Assembly (NCBI RefSeq): GCF_035285525.1 | Contig: NZ_JAYKGW010000161.1 | Coordinates: forward strand, 1 to 23,310 | Length of the DNA stretch: 23,310 bases | Reading direction: 5' to 3' | Source of the DNA: Okeania sp. | GTDB lineage: Bacteria > Cyanobacteriota > Cyanobacteriia > Cyanobacteriales > Microcoleaceae | Part shown: positions 15,754 to 22,147 of the stretch, in pieces | Layout of the letters: every line of letters begins with the position of its first letter | How positions within the stretch are numbered: position 1 is the first letter of the stretch | Position numbers and translations under genes: made by a program | Notes under the pieces: generated by a model | Told to the model about the DNA's origin: nothing | What the model saw: only the letters and a program-made list of their open reading frames with translations | Database searches by the model: none

Positions 15754-16106
15754 CTATCTTATAGTTATGTAAAATCATAATTTTTTGAACCATTACCACA
15801 TAAAAAATTGCGCTTTTTCACACCTGAAAAGTAGTGAAATATTTATCTATAAATACTTTTATATTTAATCAGTAAGCCCTATTTAGTTGCACTTTTTTTA
15901 TCTAAAAATGCAGAAGCTTTTACAGCAAATTCCAAGTATATGAAGTACAAATATTAATAATTAAATTTTTCCAGTTTAGACATCTTACCTCCGTGGGTGT
16001 ACCTGACTAATATCATGTCTGCATAATCATTTATAAAAAAAACTTTCCCCTTTAAATCTTTCTTTTCCTTTTGCTTTCTGCCCTCTCCCTTCTGCGTTCC
16101 TTTAAA

Positions 16107-17744
16107 TTACCAAGTTACCTGATCGCTTAATTTATCTAATATTTTTGGTCCAATTCCAGATACTTGATCTAAGTCCGCTAAAGATGTAAAAGGTTTATTT
16201 TTTCTAGCTTGAATAATCCGTTCTGCTAATTTAGGTCCGACGCCAGGTAGTGTTTCTAATTCTTCAGTAGTAGCTGTATTTAGATTAATCTTATTGTTAG
16301 TATCTATTACTAAATTTTCAGTTTCTGTTAATCTATCACCACATTCTTTTTCCTGTTTCTCAACTTTTTTCATTAACCAGGATGGTATACCCATAGTTGC
16401 GGTTTGATAAAGTCTTTGAAATTCTCGGTCAAAATGAGCTGCTACTGTGGAATTTTCTATTATTAATAAAGTTTCATCATTGTTTTGATTGGCTCCTTTC
16501 GTCCAATTGTGAGAACCAGTAATTACTATGGAATTATCAATAATTCCAAATTTGTGATGGAGGCGATCGCCAGGAGGTAAATTAGATACACCTACTGTAG
16601 ATATTGGTTTTTGCCAAGTCCGATTATCAACTTCATATTTACATTTATTTGCCAGAGCAATTCCCATCATATCTAATCCTTCGCTATAATAACGATAGGC
16701 AAAACCAGGATCAATTAAACCTTGAATTAAAACTCCTTGTAAAGATTTTTTTTCTAGGGTATTAACTAATGGTTGTGATGAAAATACAAAGAGGGATAAA
16801 TTAATAGATTTCTGTGCTTTTTCTAATGTTTGATTGATTAAACCATTTACACTTTTTTCCCAAGGTTGACTATTAGAAATAGGAGAAAATTTTACTTCAA
16901 CTTTTGTATCACCAACCAATACTTGTCTCGTCGGTCTAAATGGTTTTTTCACACCAAATTTACTATCTAGCTCGCCTCCAGGACCATCCCCCCATAAGAG
17001 ATTAAATTCTTCTGCGAATAGTTCAGCTAATTCCCAACTTTCTATTTTTAAAAGATTATTAGTATTTCCTCGACTCAAAGGTTCTGAAAAATCCCCATGA
17101 ATACCACTCGTAGTAAAATTAGCCGAAGTTATAATAACAGTTTTACCATCTACCACCAAAAATTTATGGTGCATCAGACCAGTACCTTTAGAACCATCAG
17201 CAGTATCATCAATTAAGGGAACTCCCGCATTACTTAAAATTATTAAAGCATCCCTACTCTTAATTTCATCTTGACTAATTTCACCATCCATGTTAATATC
17301 AGCAAGCTGAACAAATTCATTGTAGCGTCCGCGTTCCTGTTCAGACAATTGAGCTACCTGAGATGGACTTAAACTTCCCCAAGGACGATTATAAGTATTT
17401 TCAATCACAACTCGCACTTTAACCCCAGCTTGATAACGTTCGGCCAAAATTTGAGCGATCGCTGGTAAACGTAGCTCTTGAACCGCCACATCTACGGTAG
17501 AAGTAGCATCAGCAATAGTGTTAACAATTATTTCTTCAAGATTGTCTCCTAGTCGAGTTTGTTGACGTAGAGGTTCAGTATAACTAGAAGCTTGAGATTG
17601 ATTGAAGTAAGACTGAATTAAAGGGTCTTGTGGGAGTGGAGATACAACAGGAACTAACTGCTCAGATTTATTTAGGCAAGCCGTTAGACTCAAAGACAAT
17701 AATAAAATGTAGCCAAAACGCAGTTTAATAGAAGAAAATAGCAT
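16107..17744 (-). CDS. Lipoprotein PLD-superfamily (two HKD motifs) nuclease-like protein with an embedded EF-hand loop and a C-terminal ComEA-type helix-hairpin-helix DNA-binding domain (cyanobacterial ComEA-like competence protein)
   Basis: 545-aa ORF. The signal and lipobox are LLLSLSLTAC. The HKD motifs are HHKFLVVDGKTVIITSANFTTSG and HHKFGIIDNSIVITGSHNWTKGAN. DINMDGEISQDE fits the canonical 12-residue EF-hand loop. The C-terminus INLNTATTEELETLPGVGPKLAERIIQARKNKPFTSLADLDQVSGIGPKILDKL is a ComEA-like tandem HhH. Confidence 0.88.
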   Translation of the reverse strand: MLFSSIKLRFGYILLLSLSLTACLNKSEQLVPVVSPLPQDPLIQSYFNQSQASSYTEPLRQQTRLGDNLEEIIVNTIADATSTVDVAVQELRLPAIAQILAERYQAGVKVRVVIENTYNRPWGSLSPSQVAQLSEQERGRYNEFVQLADINMDGEISQDEIKSRDALIILSNAGVPLIDDTADGSKGTGLMHHKFLVVDGKTVIITSANFTTSGIHGDFSEPLSRGNTNNLLKIESWELAELFAEEFNLLWGDGPGGELDSKFGVKKPFRPTRQVLVGDTKVEVKFSPISNSQPWEKSVNGLINQTLEKAQKSINLSLFVFSSQPLVNTLEKKSLQGVLIQGLIDPGFAYRYYSEGLDMMGIALANKCKYEVDNRTWQKPISTVGVSNLPPGDRLHHKFGIIDNSIVITGSHNWTKGANQNNDETLLIIENSTVAAHFDREFQRLYQTATMGIPSWLMKKVEKQEKECGDRLTETENLVIDTNNKINLNTATTEELETLPGVGPKLAERIIQARKNKPFTSLADLDQVSGIGPKILDKLSDQVTW

Positions 17745-17755
17745 TGATATTTTTC

Positions 17756-17792
17756 AATAATTAATAATTAACAATTAATAATTAATAATTTA
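17756..17792. repeat. AT-only repeat AATAATTAATAATTAACAATTAATAATTAATAATT (copy 1 of 3)
   Basis: It shares the core TAATTAATAATTAACAATTAAT with 18697..18727 and is rearranged in 18866..18894. It lies 12 nt upstream of the PLD/ComEA start codon. Confidence 0.8.
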
Positions 17793-18300
17793 GGGTTTAC
17801 TGATTAAATATCAAAGGATTGATGGGAAAAAGTATCAGCTTTTAGATCTTTGAGGTACAGTTCCCGAAAGATTAAAAATTAGCATTTTTTGGCTCACGGG
17901 AGGCAAAAAAATAAAGGGACGATTCATCCGAATAACTCCTCTATAACTCGCTCCAACTCTTAATTTCCCCTCCTGGGACGGGTTAGGGGTGGGTTGACTC
18001 CCTACTTCCTAAATTAGCAACATCAAGTGATTTAGCTAGAAAGCTCCTGACAAATTACCATTTGTAGTAAGGTAGAGTATAACCGATAGGTTAAATATTT
18101 ATCAATATTAACTCCAATGAAATTTTAGTATGAGTTAATTTTGAACATTATTCCGCAATGGCCGATAATTTAAAGTTGTCGTTAATTCAAATTTTCTTAA
18201 AGTACAGATATTTTCTGTATTGTCCGTTTGCTATGCTATTGAGAAGTAGAAATTACAGTCAGAACTCAGAGAATCTAGCAATAACTAACTTTGCTGTCTT

Positions 18301-18699
18301 ATGCCGAAAAGAAAAAGGACTTTTCCGTGTGGCCATAAAGGATATGGAAGAAAATGCCATCGCTGTGAACAAGAGCAAGTGGTACAGCAAAGAGTTGACG
18401 AAAAAATAGCAGAACAACGAGAAAAAAAGTTAGAGTGGGAAGCTTCCTTTGATTTTGATTTGATAGATTTGAAGGGTTTACCAGATTATGTAGTGGTTAA
18501 AGCGAGAACAATTATTTCTGGATTAAATAATAATCAAAGCTATCGAGAATTTGGAGGTAAACGACTCCGCCACAATCGTTTTATTGTGAGTATTCCTGTT
18601 ACCCGAAACTATAGAATGATTTGTCAAGATTATGGGAATTTTGTTGTACCACAAAAGGTAATGTCCCATGAAGATTATAATATTTGTAAACCTAAGTAA
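18301..18699 (+). CDS. Hypothetical protein: N-terminal C-x-H...C-x2-C zinc-knuckle-like motif, charged helix, and a C-terminal RelE/ParE-like region
   Basis: 132-aa ORF with an ATG start. The N-terminus is MPKRKRTFPCGHKGYGRKCHRCEQ. The C-terminal pattern LKGLPDYVVVKARTIISGL...GGKRLRHNRFIVSIPVTRNYRMICQDYGNFVVPQKVMSHEDY parallels the RelE layout (KL.G....Y.I.L...YRL.Y......V....H..Y). The fold assignment is pattern recognition only. Confidence 0.7.
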   Translation: MPKRKRTFPCGHKGYGRKCHRCEQEQVVQQRVDEKIAEQREKKLEWEASFDFDLIDLKGLPDYVVVKARTIISGLNNNQSYREFGGKRLRHNRFIVSIPVTRNYRMICQDYGNFVVPQKVMSHEDYNICKPK

Positions 18700-18855
18700 T
18701 AATTAATAATTAACAATTAATTATTACTTCTTCTGAGGAACTAAAATAATTTGTGAGAAAAAACTGTACGGGTTTGGTTTCCAAATCCTTTGACGGGTTT
18801 GGATACCAAACCCCTACGGTCAAAATTTAATTAGCAAACCTTAATTATCAAAAAG
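18697..18855. repeat. Direct repeat unit 1 (AT-only block + ACTTCTTCTGAGGAACTAAAATAATTTGTGAGAAAAAACTGTACGGGTTTGG hairpin + AAAATTTAATTAGCAAACCTTAATTA)
   Basis: It aligns with 18866..18998. Unit 2 lacks about 23 bp (TTTGACGGGTTTGGATACCAAAC), which is the second arm of the hairpin. Unit 1 starts exactly at the TAA stop of the 132-aa gene. Confidence 0.85.
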
Positions 18856-18865
18856 ATAATCACGG

Positions 18866-18998
18866 AATAATTAACAATTAATAATTAATAATTACTTCTT
18901 CTGAGGAACTAAAACAATTTGTGAGAAAAAACTGTAAGGGTTTGGTTTCCAAATCCCTACGTTGAAAATTTAATTAGCAAACCTTAATTATTAAAAAG
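18866..18998. repeat. Direct repeat unit 2 (deleted variant of 18697..18855)
   Basis: See unit 1. Outside the deletion the two units differ only by a few substitutions. Confidence 0.85.
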
Positions 18999-19113
18999 GT
19001 TATCCAGAAAGCTTATTTGGTTTGTATTAACTTAATAGTTGAAGTCTCCTTTTCTGATTACTTTCTCTGTAACTTCCTTAACTACTCCTTGCTCCCTAAA
19101 ATAAACAAAAAAG

Positions 19114-20319
19114 ATGCAAATCTATTTAGACTATAGCGCTACAACACCAACAAGGCCAGAAGCGATCGCTACTATGCAGCAAGTTTTGACTCAACAATGG
19201 GGTAATCCATCTAGTTTACATACATGGGGTCAAAGATCGGCAACTTTAGTGGAAATAGCCAGAATAAAAGTAGCGAATCTCATCAATACAGTGCCAGAAT
19301 CAATTATTTTTACTTCTGGAGGAACTGAAGCTGATAATATGGCAATAATGGGCGTAACCCGTTGCTATGAAAAACCTCAACATATAATAATTTCTAGTGT
19401 GGAACATTCTGCGATTTCGGAACCAGTAAAAATCCTAGAAAACTGGGGTTGGCAAGTGACAAGATTACCTGTTAATCGACAAGGAAGGGTAGACCCCCAA
19501 CAACTACAAACTGCATTACAATCGAATACAGTCTTAGTCTCCATAATTTATGGTCAAAGTGAAGTTGGCACTCTCCAACCTATTGCAGAATTAGGTAATA
19601 TTTGTCGTTCTCATGGGGTTTTATTTCATACTGATGCAGTTCAGGTGGTGGGACGTTTACCAGTAGATGTACAAAAATTGCCTGTAGATTTGTTGTCTTT
19701 ATCTAGTCATAAAATTTATGGTCCTCAAGGTGCAGGGGCGCTTTATTTGAGAAAGGGTGTGGAGTTAGTTCCTTTGTTGGGTGGTGGAGGCCAAGAAATG
19801 AAGTTACGTTCTGGTACTCAAGCAGTGGCAGCGATCGCTGGTTTTGGTGTGGCAGCAGAATTAGCTAATGCAGAAATGGCTACAGAAACATCAAGGTTGA
19901 GTAGTTTACGCGATCGCTTATTTGCCCAAATGGCAGATCACCCTTATGTAATTTCTACTGGCGATCGCTTATATAGATTACCTCATCATGTTAGTTTTTG
20001 TATTGTGTCTCCTGAAGGTGAAGCAGATAATCAGGTGACTGGTAAAACTTTAGTCCGACAATTGAACTTAGCTGGAATTGGTATTAGTGCAGGTTCTGCT
20101 TGTCATAGTGGTAAAATAACTCCGAGTCCGATATTACTAGCAATGGGATATTCGGAAGATGCTGCTATTAGAGGTATTCGTTTAACATTGGGAAGGGAAA
20201 CAACGGAAGTTGATATCGACTGGACGGCGATGGTATTGAAGCAAATTTTAGAAAGATTAATACATTTCAGTTATCAGTTATCAGTTATCAGTAAAGAGGC
20301 AATAGGGAATAGGCAATAG
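19114..20319 (+). CDS. Cysteine desulfurase (NifS/IscS-like, class V aminotransferase)
   Basis: 401-aa ORF. It has YLDYSATTP, the PLP-lysine motif SLSSHKIYGPQGAGALY, LRSGT, and the active-site cysteine loop SAGSACHSG. The last ~19 codons (IHFSYQLSVISKEAIGNRQ) are encoded by a CAGTTAT heptamer tract and the first 97-bp repeat. Confidence 0.9.
   Translation: MQIYLDYSATTPTRPEAIATMQQVLTQQWGNPSSLHTWGQRSATLVEIARIKVANLINTVPESIIFTSGGTEADNMAIMGVTRCYEKPQHIIISSVEHSAISEPVKILENWGWQVTRLPVNRQGRVDPQQLQTALQSNTVLVSIIYGQSEVGTLQPIAELGNICRSHGVLFHTDAVQVVGRLPVDVQKLPVDLLSLSSHKIYGPQGAGALYLRKGVELVPLLGGGGQEMKLRSGTQAVAAIAGFGVAAELANAEMATETSRLSSLRDRLFAQMADHPYVISTGDRLYRLPHHVSFCIVSPEGEADNQVTGKTLVRQLNLAGIGISAGSACHSGKITPSPILLAMGYSEDAAIRGIRLTLGRETTEVDIDWTAMVLKQILERLIHFSYQLSVISKEAIGNRQ
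20268..20292. repeat. STRR-type heptamer repeat CAGTTAT x 3.5
   Basis: It reads CAGTTATCAGTTATCAGTTATCAGT. The related CATTTCAGTTATCAGTAAA also occurs at 11655..11673, at the start of symporter paralog 2. Confidence 0.85.
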
Positions 20320-20524
20320 AAAGAAATAATCGATGATTTTTGTGCGAGAATTGATTTGATTTTTTATTTATGAAAATGTCTAATTGTGATTAGGTAACAT
20401 ATTAGTTATTAGTAGATATCTTCAGAAAATAGGGAATAGGCAATAGGAAGAAATAATCGATGATTTTTGCGCGAGAATTGATTTGATTTTTTATTTCTGG
20501 AAATGTCTAATTGTGATTAGGTAA
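20301..20524. repeat. Two 97-bp direct repeats (20301..20397 and 20428..20524) separated by 30 bp
   Basis: The unit is AATAGGGAATAGGCAATAG.AAGAAATAATCGATGATTTTTG.GCGAGAATTGATTTGATTTTTTATTT..G.AAATGTCTAATTGTGATTAGGTAA. There are 4 mismatches between the copies. Confidence 0.92.
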
Positions 20525-21042
20525 TAGGAAAAATCAAGATCTTGAGAAATTGTATAAGAATTTGGCAATTTTTAATTGCCAATAAATATCTGGAATAGCG
20601 AATATAAAAGCCTTTCAATACGAAAAAAGCAATAACTCTGTAGGGAAGTTGCATAACAAAAATGCGAACGTCCCTACCTTGGTAAAAAGACTTTTTTAGT
20701 AAACCCTAATTATGATAGAGCAATCCTAAATAGGTTGCGACAAATCAAAAAGTAGATCAAAAACTGATTTATTGGGAACCTTAACTATTACCTGTTCCCA
20801 CATATCTAGTGTTCCCTGTTCCCTATTTCCAAGAAATTATAAAAACATTGTATAATTTCAGCAGCAACTTTCAACTGGAACTAAAATTAATATAGAAAAA
20901 TTATCAATGACCAAAAAATAAGGTCTTAAGACTCCTCTTTTAAGAGGATAAAAAAAATAAACTTCAGTATTTCAAGCCTCTTGATTCCAGGAGGAACTGA
21001 TAACTGAAATGATTTGTAATTTTAAATTTCGGAGTAGATAAA

Positions 21043-21885
21043 TTGAGAGATCAACAACAAAGCTTACAAACATTAATATTAGCAACTGCATTATCTGTAA
21101 TATTGCTAATTGGTTTCAATTCTTTTGTAATTATTAATCCTGGTCAAGCAGGTGTTTTAAGTATCTTAGGTAAGGCTAGAGATGGAGCTTTATTAGAAGG
21201 AATTCATTTTAAACCTCCTCTGATTTCCCAAGTTGATGTATATGATGTGACTGTACAAAAATTTGAAGTTCCTGGTCAAAGTTCCACTAAAGATTTACAA
21301 GAATTATCTGCTAGTTTTGCTATTAACTTTCGTTTAGATCCATTGCAAGTAGTTAAAATTAGAAGGGAACAAGGTACTCTCCAAAATTTGGTGGCTAAAG
21401 TAATTGCACCACAAACTCAAGAATCTTTTAAAATTGCTGCTGCGAGAAGAACTGTTGAAGAAGCTATTACCAAAAGGGAAGAATTAAAATCAGATTTTGA
21501 TACTGCTTTAGGTGAGCGGTTGGATAAATATGGCATCATTGTGTTAGATACTAGCGTGATTGATTTAACTTTTTCTCCTGAATTTGCTAGAGCAGTTGAA
21601 GATAAACAAATTGCTGAACAAAAAGCACAACGAGCAGTATATATTGCACGAGAAGCAGAGCAAGAAGCTGAGGCAGAAATTAATCGTGCTAAGGGTAAAG
21701 CAGAAGCTCAAAAATTATTAGCTGAAACTTTAAAAGCACAAGGTGGTGAGTTGGTTTTACAGAAGGAAGCTATTGAAGCTTGGAGACAAGGTGGTTCTCA
21801 AATGCCTAGAGTTTTAATTATGAATGGTGAAAAATCTCAGGGAGTTCCTTTTATTTTCAATCTGAATAATGATGAAAATATGTAG
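21043..21885 (+). CDS. Prohibitin-type SPFH / Band 7 domain membrane protein
   Basis: 280-aa ORF with a TTG start, GGAG 8 nt upstream and no upstream ATG. It has an N-terminal TM segment (LILATALSVILLIGF), an SPFH core (IINPGQAGVLSILGK ... FKPPLISQVDVYDV ... APQTQESFK), and an A/E/K-rich coiled-coil (AEQKAQRAVYIAREAEQEAEAEINRAKGKAEAQ). Confidence 0.88.
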   Translation: MRDQQQSLQTLILATALSVILLIGFNSFVIINPGQAGVLSILGKARDGALLEGIHFKPPLISQVDVYDVTVQKFEVPGQSSTKDLQELSASFAINFRLDPLQVVKIRREQGTLQNLVAKVIAPQTQESFKIAAARRTVEEAITKREELKSDFDTALGERLDKYGIIVLDTSVIDLTFSPEFARAVEDKQIAEQKAQRAVYIAREAEQEAEAEINRAKGKAEAQKLLAETLKAQGGELVLQKEAIEAWRQGGSQMPRVLIMNGEKSQGVPFIFNLNNDENM

Positions 21886-21934
21886 TTAAAAATAAGGAAG
21901 AAAGAAGAAGGAAGAAGTTTTTGTTTGTAGTGTG

Positions 21935-21968
21935 ACTCTAGCCCTTAGATTAATATTAGGGCTAGAGT
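21935..21968 (+). terminator. Strong hairpin downstream of the prohibitin gene (possible terminator or stability element)
   Basis: ACTCTAGCCCT and AGGGCTAGAGT form a perfect 11-bp stem with a 12-nt loop, 50 nt after the stop. No U-tract follows, so terminator function is uncertain. Confidence 0.3.
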
Positions 21969-22012
21969 AATATTATGAGCCTAATTATAATTTTTTTTAC
22001 TGAATTTAAAAC

Positions 22013-22120
22013 TTACAGCGCTTTTCAAATGAATGAACCACATCATCATCACCAAAATCTTGTAGGGACGTTGCATAAGGGCGTCCCTACTGTGGTTTAC
22101 TGAAATGAAAACCGCTGTAA
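22013..22120. mobile_element. MITE-like long hairpin element containing a GTAGGGACG...CGTCCCTAC core
   Basis: The outer arms TTACAGCGCTTTTCAAATGAATGAACC and GGTTTACTGAAATGAAAACCGCTGTAA are an imperfect ~25-bp inverted repeat. The inner 9-bp stem is at 22062..22090. It ends 28 nt upstream of the methyltransferase TTG start. Confidence 0.6.
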
Positions 22121-22147
22121 CTAAATAATACTAAACAATAGATAATA

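Noticed and set aside
15975-16010. Nine-codon minus-strand micro-ORF (MSKLEKFNY) preceded by GGAGGT
   Set aside because: It is too short and the SD spacing is only ~3 nt. I cannot evaluate conservation, so it is likely fortuitous.
18158-18409. 83-aa ORF overlapping the start of the 132-aa gene; considered as a possible antitoxin
   Set aside because: It overlaps the downstream gene by 109 nt in another frame. It has an odd composition and no DNA-binding or antitoxin-like pattern. I cannot support it as coding.
20301-20524. 97-bp repeat pair considered as a template/variable repeat pair of a diversity-generating retroelement
   Set aside because: There are only 4 differences and they are not restricted to adenines of one copy. 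No reverse transcriptase is in the window, and only 19 nt of one copy lies in a coding region.
20827-20856. Possible sigma70-type promoter (TTCCAA, 18 nt, extended -10 TGTATAAT) about 190 nt upstream of the prohibitin gene
   Set aside because: The motif match is plausible, but AT-rich spacers contain many TATAAT-like strings. Without TSS data I cannot support it.
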